A DNA stretch of 64,000 bases. Source: a bacterium (GTDB lineage Bacteria > UBA8248 > JACPRG01 > G963555815). Positions 53,220-63,220 of the stretch are shown piece by piece (position 1 is the first letter of the stretch; each line of letters starts with the position of its first letter). A program made the translations under genes and the position numbers. The stretch covers positions 1,280,001 to 1,344,000 of the forward strand of contig CBDHDG010000006.1 in the NCBI GenBank assembly GCA_965261595.1, written 5' to 3'. Below the pieces are notes generated by a model, which searched no databases, had not been told where the DNA came from, and saw nothing but the letters and a program-made list of their open reading frames with translations.

Positions 53220-53307
53220 GGTGAACCGAAGGGGCCGGAGAGAGAGGCTCTCCCCCCTTTTCCGTCACCCGTTGTCATCCACACCCTCACGCAGAAGGAG
53301 AACCGTC

Positions 53308-53733
53308 ATGGCATTCGGACTCAATCGCGCTGAAGTGATCGGCCGCCTCGGCGCCGACGTCACCGTCAACCACCTCACCAGCGGCGGACGCGTGGCCAAC
53401 CTGTCGATCGCCACCGACGAGGGCTACATCGACAAGCAGACCGGCGATCGGGTCGACAAGACCGAGTGGCACCGGGTCGTGACCTTCCAGCCCGGACTGG
53501 TCGACATGTTCGAAAAGCACGCGACGAAGGGCCGGCTGGTCTATGTGGCGGGCAAGCTCCAGACCCGTCGCTGGAAGAAGGACGACGAGGACTCCGACCG
53601 GTTCTCCACCGAGATCCTGTTGGTTCCGGGCGGGCGCGTGCAGTTCCTCGACAAGCCCAACGGCAACGGCGCGCCGGTCGCGGAGGCGGAGACGCCGTCC
53701 GCCGAAGCGCCCATCGACGACATCCCGTTCTGA
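53308..53733 (+). CDS. ssb: Single-stranded DNA-binding protein
   Basis: LNRAEVIGRLGAD, TEWHRVV, GKLQTRRW, C-terminal DDIPF. Confidence 0.95.
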   Translation: MAFGLNRAEVIGRLGADVTVNHLTSGGRVANLSIATDEGYIDKQTGDRVDKTEWHRVVTFQPGLVDMFEKHATKGRLVYVAGKLQTRRWKKDDEDSDRFSTEILLVPGGRVQFLDKPNGNGAPVAEAETPSAEAPIDDIPF

Positions 53734-53761
53734 GCGCGCATTCCGTTTCCTCCCTCTACCC

Positions 53762-53794
53762 GGGCCGGCGCTTCGCGCGTCGGCCCTTTTTCTT
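53762..53794 (+). terminator. Putative intrinsic terminator after ssb
   Basis: GGGCCGGCGC-TTC-GCGCGTCGGCCC followed by TTTTTCTT. Confidence 0.55.
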
Positions 53795-53927
53795 GCTGCC
53801 CGTTCCGAGACAGCGCCCGTTCGGGCCTCGCGCCAGCGCTACGCGCGGCGCTTCGTCCTCCGGCGCCGGCCGGAGGCGGAGGCCGGCCGGTATCGGGCCT
53901 TCCCCGTCCGTCCAGAGGAGGCCCGTT

Positions 53928-54959
53928 ATGCCGCCCCCATCGTCCCGTTCCGTATCTCCCGCCGCCGACATCGCCGCCGCGCTCGGCGCGTGCGCCGAGG
54001 CCGTTTGCCGGCGTTACCTGCCCCAGGGCCGCAAGCAGGGCCGGTACTGGGCCGCCGGCGATCTCGAAGGCGCTCGCGGCCGCTCGCTCTTCGTCCGCCT
54101 GCACGGTCCCGGCGTCCCCGGCAAGTGGACCGACGCGGCCACCGGAGAGCACGGGGACCTGCTCGATCTCGTCCGGCATCGCTCGGGCGCGCCGACGCTT
54201 CGCGCGGCGCTCGCCGAGGCCCGCGCCTTCCTCGCCCTGCCGGCTCCGCCGGCGTCGGGCGGGAGCTACGACGCAACAGAAGCGGCCCGCCGCCTCTGGC
54301 GGCGTTGCCGCGCCATCGACGGCACCCATGCCGAGGCCTACCTCCACGCCCGCGGACTCGCGCGCTGCCGGTTCCCGGCATTGCGCTTCCATCCCGAGCT
54401 TCGCTATCGCGAAGGCTCTTCCCTGCGCCGTTTTCCGGCGCTGGTCGCCGCCGTGACCGGCGACGACGGCGCCATCCACGGCGTGCAGCGCACCTGGCTC
54501 GATTCGCGCTTGCCCGCCAAGGCGGACGTCGCGGCCCCGCGCAAGGCGCTCGGCCGCATCCACGGACGCGCCGTGTGCTTCGGCAGGCCCGCCGACGGCG
54601 CTTCGCTGCTCGTCGGCGAAGGCATCGAGACGGTGCTGTCGATCGTCACCGCGGCGCCCGGGGTCATTTCGGCGGCCGCGCTCTCGGCCGGAAGCCTCGG
54701 CGCCTTCGCTCCGCCTGGCGGGCTCAAACGGCTCGTCATCGCCCGCGACAACGATTCCGAGGGCGAACGGGCCGCCCAACGCCTCGCCCGGCGCTGCGCG
54801 CGGGCGGGCGTCGCCGCCCACGTCATCGTCTCCGAATACGGCGACTTCAACAACGACCTCGTTACCCTCGGACCCCGGGCCCTGGCCCTTCGGCTCGCCG
54901 CCCTGTTCCCCGCGCCGCAGCGGGTCGGAGAGAGGGAGGGAAGAGCGGGGGAGGGATGA
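53928..54959 (+). CDS. Toprim-domain primase-like protein
   Basis: GKWTDAATGEHGDLLDL, GVQRTWL, VGEGIETVLS, IARDND, GDFNND. Confidence 0.88.
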   Translation: MPPPSSRSVSPAADIAAALGACAEAVCRRYLPQGRKQGRYWAAGDLEGARGRSLFVRLHGPGVPGKWTDAATGEHGDLLDLVRHRSGAPTLRAALAEARAFLALPAPPASGGSYDATEAARRLWRRCRAIDGTHAEAYLHARGLARCRFPALRFHPELRYREGSSLRRFPALVAAVTGDDGAIHGVQRTWLDSRLPAKADVAAPRKALGRIHGRAVCFGRPADGASLLVGEGIETVLSIVTAAPGVISAAALSAGSLGAFAPPGGLKRLVIARDNDSEGERAAQRLARRCARAGVAAHVIVSEYGDFNNDLVTLGPRALALRLAALFPAPQRVGEREGRAGEG

Positions 54960-54983
54960 ACGGCTCCAAAGGAGAAAGAGAGC

Positions 54984-55310
54984 ATGGCGCACATCGTCAA
55001 TCTCAGGCATGCGCCCGCCCTGCGGGCGGCGCTCGACGGCAAGGCGGAGCACGGCGGGACCGTGCGGATCGACCGCCGCTCTCAATGGGGAAACCGGTTC
55101 CGCATCGGCCCGGACGGACCGCGCGATGAAGTGATCGCGCGCTATCGCGCCGATCTCTGGCGCCGCGTTCGCGCCGCCGAGGTCGGGTTCGACGAACTCG
55201 CCGCCCTTCACGGAAAGCCGCTGGCCTGCCGGTGCGCGCCGCTGCCCTGCCATGGGCAGGTCCTCGCCCGCGCCGCGCGGCATGGGCGGCCTCCGTTCTG
55301 GCGGAACGGA
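54984..55310 (+). CDS. DUF4326-family protein (3' end uncertain)
   Basis: IDRRSQWGNRF.IG.DG.RDEVIARY..LHGKPLACRCAPLPCHGQVL. Confidence 0.8.
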
Positions 55311-55719
55311 GGGGAGAGTGAAGCGGGAGAGAGGGCGAACGCCGCGAGGAGGGAGAGAGAGGGCCCCGGGCATCGGCAACACGGAAGGAGAACCGAAATG
55401 CAATCCGTTACCTCGAGGAGCATCGCCCGTACGAGTCGAGGCTCTACCACGATGGCAATCTCGCCTGCGAGGTTGCGGAGCGACTCGTCGATACGCGTCC
55501 GTTGCGGTGACGGGCCATGCCGTCTTCGGGCGATCCCTTCGGGCCGGGCTCCCCGCTGCAATCTCCGCTCCGCTCCGATTTGCGCTTCTATCCCTATCGC
55601 CTCCGCTCGCTGGCGCTCGCTGCGCGCTCCTGTACCTCTTATAAGTGACTCTGCGCTTCAATAGCACGGAATTGGGCAGGCCGCCGGGAGCAACCCTTGC
55701 GCGCTCAGTGCCATCAGCA

Positions 55720-57335
55720 CCTCAAGCGGACAGGTGCCCCGGCGGTCCTGCCACGACGGATGCCCCGTGAGGAGTTAGCGCCTTGAGCGCCAAGTACAGG
55801 AGTCGGCAGGCGTCGCGGCAGGCCCAGCCACCATCGCACAGATTAGGGAGGGAGACGAATTGGCAGATCTCAAGTGGTTTGTCGGAATCGATTGGGGGTC
55901 CCGAATCCACCAGGCCTGCATCCTCGACGCGAACGGCGACGTTCGAGCCGAGCATGCGTTCGCCCACGGCGGCGCCGGTTTCGCCGCGTTGACGGACTGG
56001 ATTCTGTCCGGCACCGAGGAGGCGCCGGCGGACCAGGTCGGCGTGGCCATCGAGACGCCTCGCGGACCCGTGGTCGAAACGCTCCTCGGATGCGGCTTCG
56101 CCGTTCACTCCATCAACCCCAGGCAACTGGACCGCTTCCGCGACCGTTACTCGCACGCCGGGGCGAAGGACGATCGTCGCGACGCCCTGGTGCTGGCGTC
56201 GGCGCTACGCACCGACCCGCACCGGCTGCTGCGGGTCAAACCAACGGCTCCCGCAATCGTCGAGCTGCGCGAGTGGTCCCGCATCGTCGAGAGCCTGACG
56301 CGCGAGCGGGTGCGCCTGTCCAATCGCATGTGCGACCAGCTCTGGCGTTACTATCCCGAGTTCATCAATGTCGTGGAGGACTTCAATGTTCACTGGGCAC
56401 TGGCCCTTTGGAACCGCGTGCCGACGCCCGCGGCCGTGCGCGGCGTCCGGCTTTCCACGCTCGAGAAGCTTCTGAAAAAGCACCGCGTTCGACGTATCAC
56501 CGCCGAGGAGCTCCGCGACCAGCTTACCGCGCGCGCCATCGACATCGACCCCAGCGCAATACGCGCCGCCGAGACCCACGCCCGCATCATTGCGAAGCAG
56601 CTTGCGCTCGTGAACCAGCAGTTGACAGAGGCCAACTCACGTCTCGAGGCGCTCGTCACCCAGCTCGCCGAAGCCGCCCCCGATCCGGACGAAAGTTCCG
56701 AACCGGGGCAACACAAAGAACAGCGTGACGTGGCTATCCTGCGTTCTCTGCCCGGAGTCGGCACGGTTGTCCTCGCCACGCTGTTCGCAGAGGCCGATGA
56801 CGCTCTGCAGCGCCGAGACTACCACGCGCTGCGCTGCTTGTGCGGCGTGGCGCCCGTCACCAAGCGCTCCGGCAAGAGCATGCGCGTCTCCCTCAGACGC
56901 GCCGCGCATCGTCGCCTGCGCAATGCCACCTACCATTGGGCACGCGTGGCCATGCAGAAGGACCCCGTCTGCAAAGCCAAGTACCAGGTGCTTCGCTCCC
57001 GAGGCCACGGCCACGCCCGTTCGCTGCGCTCCGTCGCAGACCGCCTCCTCAATGTCGCCTGCGCCATGCTTCGCGACCAGACACTGTTCGACCCGCAGCA
57101 CGCCAGCGCTGCAGCAGGTTCACACCGCGAAGCGGTCAATGGAATCTCAATTGAATCATCTGTTGTTGGTCCTGTGGAGCTTGTGGGCGAGAGGGGCGAG
57201 AGTGTGGGCAACGCGGTGGGCAACGCGTAAGCGTTGTCCACGGACTTGTCCATACGGCCCGCAGGGCTCGCGCCGGTCCTCAGGACTCGTCCACAAATCC
57301 ATAGGACTACCCCCTTGCAAGTTGGTGAGGAGTCC
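55720..57335 (+). mobile_element. IS110-family element (transposase 55860-57230)
   Basis: FVGIDW, AIE, KDDRRDA (DEDD); SLPGVG and GVAPVTKRSGKS; CC core at both ends. Confidence 0.9.
55722..55859 (+). ncRNA. Candidate IS110 bridge-RNA region
   Basis: Left non-coding end contains GTGAGGAGT (identical to the right terminus) and CTTGAG (complement of the left terminus). Confidence 0.55.
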
Positions 57336-57735
57336 GCTTGCCGGGCCGGCGCCCGAGACCCGCGTCTCAATCCCGGAACCGCACAGGGCGTCCGGGACAG
57401 TGACAAACAATATCCCTCTCGACGTGATGGCCCATTGTCCCACACGTGCTCGCTGCGCCAACCCCGCCTCCGGCGGGGTCCTCCTCTTCGTTCCGGCCCT
57501 GGCTCGCAAGGCTACGGCGCTGAAGCGCCTAGGCGCGGCAAGAACCGCGACCGAGGCTCCGCGCTCCCTGCGGTCGCTTGTGCGCCCGCACCACTCGCGC
57601 TTCTCGCCGCGCCAAGCCTTGCGGCCACGGTGGCTTTGCAGCGCGCGCGTGGGCCACTCAACCATCACGTTCGGAGACTCTCTCCGCACAACGAACCATA
57701 ACGGTTCTCTACACTCAATCCATAAGGAGAGCATC

Positions 57736-58659
57736 ATGCACGATATCGACAACATCTCAGAACAGAACCAGTCCGTCACCGCCACCGTCTGCGAGCAGGC
57801 GGCTCTCTTCGGCGCGACTCCAGAGCGCGACGAATTCGACAACCGGGAGGTCTGGGACCCGGAGAACGCCCTCTCCGCCGTCACGGAAGCCTTCCGCATC
57901 ATGGCACACGGCGTCGCCCCCGACGGAACGCAACTCGCCGACGAGCGCGAGAGCCTGCTCTGGGGATTCGTCAACATGCTCGACGCCCAGACCCAACGCC
58001 TCGACCGCGCGGCCGACAGGCTCCTCCCCGACATGCGCGACCTCCAGCGAGAGCAGGACGGCTCGGAGATCCGGTCCCGAGAGCTCGAACTCGTCACCGA
58101 CCGAACCAAGAACCTCACGGACCGGCGGGACGCCTTCGAGCAACTCAGAGATGCAGCGGCCGAGGCCTACCGGGTCGAGACCGGAGACCTCTGGCGGCCC
58201 CGGCGCGGGTCCCACACCTCCCAGACCGGCAAGCTCACTTCGGCCATGATCGACGCCCGAGACTTCCAGCGTGCCCGCAGGGACCGCGAGAACAAGGCGC
58301 TCCTGCCCCAGGGAACGCTCGTCGCGGTGGCAGGCGGCAAGCACGCCGGCGACGCAGGCGCCATCATCCGCACCCTCGAGAAGCTCAAGGCCAAGTACGA
58401 CGACGTGGTCCTGGTCCACGGCGGCGGCCCCGGCGTCGAGAAGATCGCGGCCAAGTGGGCGGACCGCAACGGCGTCCATCAGATCGTCTGCAAGCCCAAC
58501 TGGGACGCACACGGACGCGCGGCGCCCTTCCGGCGCAATGACGAACTGCTCGATCTCCTCCCCAAGGGCGTCATCGCGTTCCCGGGTTCCGGCATCACCG
58601 ACAATCTGGTCGACAAGGCGCGCAAGCTCGGTATCCCGGTCCAGTGCGTCGCCGCCTGA
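57736..58659 (+). CDS. DUF2493 (YspA/SLOG-like) domain protein
   Basis: VAVAGG, LVHGGGPGVEKIAAKWA, AAPFRRNDELL, IAFPGSGIT; AAGGAG RBS. Confidence 0.88.
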   Translation: MHDIDNISEQNQSVTATVCEQAALFGATPERDEFDNREVWDPENALSAVTEAFRIMAHGVAPDGTQLADERESLLWGFVNMLDAQTQRLDRAADRLLPDMRDLQREQDGSEIRSRELELVTDRTKNLTDRRDAFEQLRDAAAEAYRVETGDLWRPRRGSHTSQTGKLTSAMIDARDFQRARRDRENKALLPQGTLVAVAGGKHAGDAGAIIRTLEKLKAKYDDVVLVHGGGPGVEKIAAKWADRNGVHQIVCKPNWDAHGRAAPFRRNDELLDLLPKGVIAFPGSGITDNLVDKARKLGIPVQCVAA

Positions 58660-59030
58660 TCCGAACGACCTCGCGGGTCGCGTCGCCACCCGGCGGCGCG
58701 GCCCGTTCTTCCTTCCTTCAGGTCCCATTGCACTGTGCTCCGCACCGGTGCAAACCCCACTGCTCAATCCGTCCTGCACCGCTCCATGCACTGTGCTCCG
58801 CACGGCCACCCGCTCAATCGCCGCGGCGGCTCCCCAGCGCGTCACGCGCCCGCGGAGATCCCCTCTTCGCTCGTTCCTCGCATTTTGGTCTGTCGGACGC
58901 CGGTCGGCGCTTTTACTCTCACACCCCACGCACCGATGGTGCCCTCACAACCGGGCGCGCGCTTGTCATGCGGTTTGCTGCGCCAATACCGACACAAGCT
59001 GCCTGGCGGTTGTTGGATCGAGCGTATACC

Positions 59031-59146
59031 GCACCGATATACGAGGCTAAGATATTGATATTGCGAAGTTTTAATTCGGGCTGATATACGACCGGCATAC
59101 GTCCCTGTCGCGGCTGCGACGGCCGTGTATGCTGCACCGATATACG
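59031..59146. repeat. GCACCGATATACG / GATATACG direct repeats (putative oriT or RHH operator)
   Basis: 13-mer at 59031 and 59134, 8-mer core at 59083, AT-rich spacer. Confidence 0.55.
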
Positions 59147-59239
59147 GGGAATCGACGCCGCCGAGGACGGAACTGCTTCCGTTCCCTGAGGAAGCCTGTG
59201 CATTCTCGAACGAAGACCACGACCCGGAGAGACAAAACC

Positions 59240-59623
59240 ATGAGCAAAAACGAGCAAATCGGCGCCGAAATCGGCGCGACTCCAGACGAAAAACAGACCG
59301 ACACGCGCACGCCGCGGGCGATCCGGTTCTCGGATTCCGAGTGGAAACGGGTCAAGACAGCCGCTGCGGAGTATGATCTTTCAGTGGCTGAGTTCGTGCG
59401 CGACGCCGCCTTGGCTTTCGCCGGAGGCAGAACCGGCGCGGAGTCCGCCGCGATGCCGGCCGGGGTCGTCGGGCTGATCGAGCGCATCTATCGAGGCGTT
59501 TACCTTCTTTCGACGCTGAAGCGGGACGAAATGATCCGCGAAGGACGCCAAGATGAGCTCGACCGGATCAGAAAGGACGCCCGCGACTCCCAGGCATCGT
59601 TGCTCGACGGCACCTCGGAATGA
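59240..59623 (+). CDS. Ribbon-helix-helix protein (MobC/CopG-like)
   Basis: RAIRFSDSEWKRVKTAA..LSVAEFVRDAAL. Confidence 0.75.
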   Translation: MSKNEQIGAEIGATPDEKQTDTRTPRAIRFSDSEWKRVKTAAAEYDLSVAEFVRDAALAFAGGRTGAESAAMPAGVVGLIERIYRGVYLLSTLKRDEMIREGRQDELDRIRKDARDSQASLLDGTSE

Positions 59624-59976
59624 AGCTTCCATTGTCGGTCTCGCGCGACCTGCCTCACCCATTCTGTCGGCACCAGCCCCTGCCGCCGCCCACAATCCCA
59701 CGCCCGGCTGTTGCCATACGCCGGTTCGGCGAATGGATTTTCGCCCTCCATGAGCATATACAACCGGGAAGTCATTCAAGAATCCGTAGATGAGTTTCTC
59801 GGTTTCTACCGAATTCATCAACCATGTGCGCCTTGCCGCAGCCATCGACACCCTTCAAGACAAGAGGGGAGATTGATGATATGGAAGAAAATTAGACGCC
59901 GATACGCGAGGCGTCGGGCATCCGTCATCGTGGCGGACTTGTTCCACGGGCTCGCTGGACGGTAGAGCGTACCGAC

Positions 59977-60767
59977 ATGCCAATCTGCTACCTTTGCGGG
60001 CAACCCGTCGATAGTTCCCTACGCACCGGAGACCATGCTATCCCGCGCACCTTGCTCGATAACAAGAAGCCGAAAGTGCGAGGATTCGACTATGGAGGCA
60101 AGCTCGATACACATGCCGAGTGCAACAATCGGTTTGGAGAAGAGACGTTCGTGCGGAAGGCTCTCGACCTGTTGGGCGCCCTCCATGACCCCGATACAAC
60201 GCTGAAGCGGTCGCTTCCCAATAACCCATCCATCCGATTCCTGGCGCTTAACGCAGAAAAACTTCCACGTTTCGGAAAGAGAGACTTTCTGTTTTTCTGC
60301 ATTCATGACGCCAAAGGCGACGACGTTGCGAATTTTCGGACCGAGGGTACTTTGAGAACAAGCCGCGCGTCGATCCTGTGAAACGACCGCTCTTCACAGC
60401 GCTCTCGGTACTTGCAAAAAGCGCAGCCACACTTCTAGTAGACCGAAAGCTGGAAACTCTGCCGTGCCGCTGGAACATAGTTGCGATTCCTTACGTCGAC
60501 GACTTTACTCAGGCGGATTTTGCCACTGTTTTCGGAGACACGAAGCCTTTTGGCCCCGGCGTGCGGGTCTGGACCAAGGAAGTCGAGCCCGATCTGTGGC
60601 TCTCCCTGTACGTTACCAGGACCGCGATGGTGTACTTCTTCTTTATCTTGGACGACGAATCGAAGGCAATCGAAGCGATTCGGAGCAAATTCCAGGATGC
60701 ACAGTGCTTCCAATTCCAGGGAAGTTCTCTTATGTATCTGGTAGGCTATAATTGGAGAATTGTTTGA
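59977..60767 (+). pseudogene. HNH-like protein, frameshifted near 60340
   Basis: CYLC..DHAIP..HAECNN; continues in a second frame. Confidence 0.65.
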
Positions 60768-60963
60768 GAAGCGCGTCAAGACGTACTGCCCGGAACATTG
60801 CGCGTCCCAGATGCCGGCGGTGGAGCGGAATCAATCCATCTCATCTAATGACCTGCCTCCTTCTAGAATCCAGGAATACTCATTTATCAACTGGACTCGC
60901 TTGAAGGGGGCAGGTCAGTTGCCGTCGCCCCATAGCTTGCCGCGGAATGGTTGGGGACCGCGT

Positions 60964-61401
60964 CTACCGCCGCTGATATATCCCGACGCAGGCCGAATCC
61001 GACATTCGAAACACCGCATCCTGCTTGAACCGAGTCTGGTACTCGGCAGAAATCTCGTCAACAAGTTTCATGCTCTGGTTCGCGTCGGACGCGACCGCGC
61101 CGATCACGACCTTGACCGGCTCCCGCTGCAGGGTGCCCGACGGAGCTAGCCACTGTCCCTGTCCGTCCAGGACGGTCAGGCCCGCCCGGAAGCGTGGAGT
61201 GATGGTATCAGCGAGGAACCGCTGCCACTCATCCTCGGTGACGATTTCGCCGGCGGCATCAGTCAGCCCGAAGAAGATCCGGAATTCGGTTACCGGCTTC
61301 AGTCCCTTCGGACATTCCCGGCCGGTACCGGCCGAACCGGCCGTTCCCCCCATCGCAAGGATGAGAAGGGCAGACAACCAAACCCTGACATTCACCATCA
61401 T
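60964..61401 (-). CDS. DUF3574-family exported protein
   Basis: Signal peptide; FG..VTEDEWQRFLADTITPRF..GLTVLDGQGQW..FKQDAV. Confidence 0.85.
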   Translation of the reverse strand: MMVNVRVWLSALLILAMGGTAGSAGTGRECPKGLKPVTEFRIFFGLTDAAGEIVTEDEWQRFLADTITPRFRAGLTVLDGQGQWLAPSGTLQREPVKVVIGAVASDANQSMKLVDEISAEYQTRFKQDAVFRMSDSACVGIYQRR

Positions 61402-61476
61402 GTATTTCGTCCCCCTTGGTTGGAGTCGTCAAAAATCGCATTCTACCAGAAATCTGGCGGTTCCACGTGCTTGGCT

Positions 61477-61985
61477 GGTCAACGTCAACTATGTTTTCCG
61501 TTGGCGACAATTAAAAGTTCCGTTTTGGAGCTCTGGACGCAGGGTCTGAGAATTTGAATGCTCCTGTTGTTGTTGGGCCAGTGGGTATGTGGGGAACGGC
61601 ATAGCAGGTGTCCACCCATCCACAGGCTGTACGACTCGAGAGAGAACATCTCGTGTCCCCTGCGGTCTCCACCGGATCGCGCGCACAGGGCATCGGCGAC
61701 GGCCAGACGCCGCGGGCGTTGCGGTCTTCACTCGTCCCGTCGTGCGGTCAAGACGCATCGGGCTTGGCGTCCTTCTTGCCGCGTCCGGACCGGGTGCGCT
61801 GGTGCGCCGCCTCGGCTCGATAGCTCTTGACGTTGAGTTCGAGGATCACCGAGTGGTGTACGACCCGGTCGATCGTGGCGGCGGTGGTCATCGGGTCCTG
61901 GACGATCTGGTCCCACTTTGAGAACAGCAGGTTGGAGGTGATCGCGCCGCTGCGCCGCTCGTAACGTTCGACGAGCAGAGAACAC
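61477..61985 (-). mobile_element. istB: IS21-family relic (istB 3' end and right end)
   Basis: ERYERRS..TSNL.FSKW..DPMTTAATIDRVVHHS..SYR. Confidence 0.82.
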
Positions 61986-62170
61986 AAATCCCATGGAAGG
62001 CACTTCGCCGAGACGAAGGGCGGTCAATGCTTGGGTCATCCTCGCGACTGCGGTGTCCAGCGTATGTGCCGCTCTCATACGAGACCAGCGATGGCTACTG
62101 ATTCTCTACAGTAACTCCACGTCTCACGATATGATCGCACCGCCTCGTGCCAATAGCTGGAGATGATACG

Positions 62171-62670
62171 ATGGAATTGTTTCTTATCGTATTCGTCATT
62201 TCGTTGGGTGCCTACACCGTAAGGTGCGTGTTGCGGACCCGACAGGACGATCGCACAGCGGCCAATATCGAGAAGCGGATCCGTCGCATGGATCGCTTCG
62301 AACCGGCGGATGTCTATGTCAGCCCTGACAATTTTGCAGGCATCGCGATTGATGTGGGTCGTCAAGAACTTCTGCTGGCAGACGAAAGCGGGCTACGGCG
62401 ATTCACGGCGTCATCAATCGTCTCGTGCGAGATTCTTGAGGACGAAATTCAGCTTGATAACGTGAGCATGGTGGTTCTGTGTTTGTGACCGACGATTTCG
62501 ACAAGCCGAAGCATGACATAGTGCTTGCTTGATTGGAGCTTCCGCAGAAAGGGCCTGAGACGAGACAATGCGCTCTACCGTGAGGCTCGGCAAATAGCGG
62601 AGTTATGGCACAGCAGAGTCATGGCGATGATGAAGGCTGACGAGCCACGCGCGGGGGGCACGGCTTGAAG
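62171..62670 (+). pseudogene. Membrane-anchored hypothetical protein, frameshifted
   Basis: N-terminal TM segment; frame break near 62480. Confidence 0.45.
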
Positions 62671-62881
62671 TAAACGTCTCGACCGTGGAATCGGCAGCGA
62701 AACACGGGCTCGCAACGCATGAGCAGTTCGACGGCTGGCACCGCATGCTCGACGCGTGGAAGGACACCCCCGGTTCGCTTGCCGCTTTGGCCTTTGGAGA
62801 GGCGATAGGACGCAAACCGTAGTGGAGCCGACCAGTTTTCGGCGTACACCTTCACACACCGTGCGCGGGAGGAGGTGTCAG

Positions 62882-63043
62882 ATGTCGAACACCCATCCGC
62901 CCTACGCGCCGGCGTCAGATGGTCGAGTTGGTTCGAGCGGGGCGGACGCCCGGAGAGCCGGCTCGCGCGTTTGAATGCTCCGCTTCGTCGATTCGCAACT
63001 GGGAGCGACAGTCCAAACATGTCCACCAAAATGGATCAATCCA
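62882..63043 (+). mobile_element. Internally deleted IS3 relic (orfA fragment and right IR)
   Basis: QMVELVRAGRTPGE.AR.FECSAS.IRNW matches orfA at 21301-21615; ends TGTCCACCAAAATGGATCAATCCA. Confidence 0.7.
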
Positions 63044-63198
63044 GTACTTCCCGAAGGGGACTGACCTATCCCTCCACGCCCAGGACGAGCTCGACGCCGT
63101 TGCTCGAGAGTTCAACTCCCGCCCTCGACAAACGCTCGGCTGGATGAAACCATGTGAGGTCTTCGCCAAGTCCGTTGCGTTGACCGCTTGAGACCGCC
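63044..63198 (+). mobile_element. IS30-family relic (transposase C-terminus and right end)
   Basis: YFPKGTDLS..LDAVAREFNSRPRQTLGW..P..VALTA*. Confidence 0.8.
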
Positions 63199-63220
63199 CC
63201 CGCTTCAGTGGACACCTTCA

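Noticed and set aside
56725..57735. Long N-terminal extension of the DUF2493 ORF (644 aa)
   Set aside because: Runs through IS110 and non-coding hairpins; the real start with RBS is at 57736
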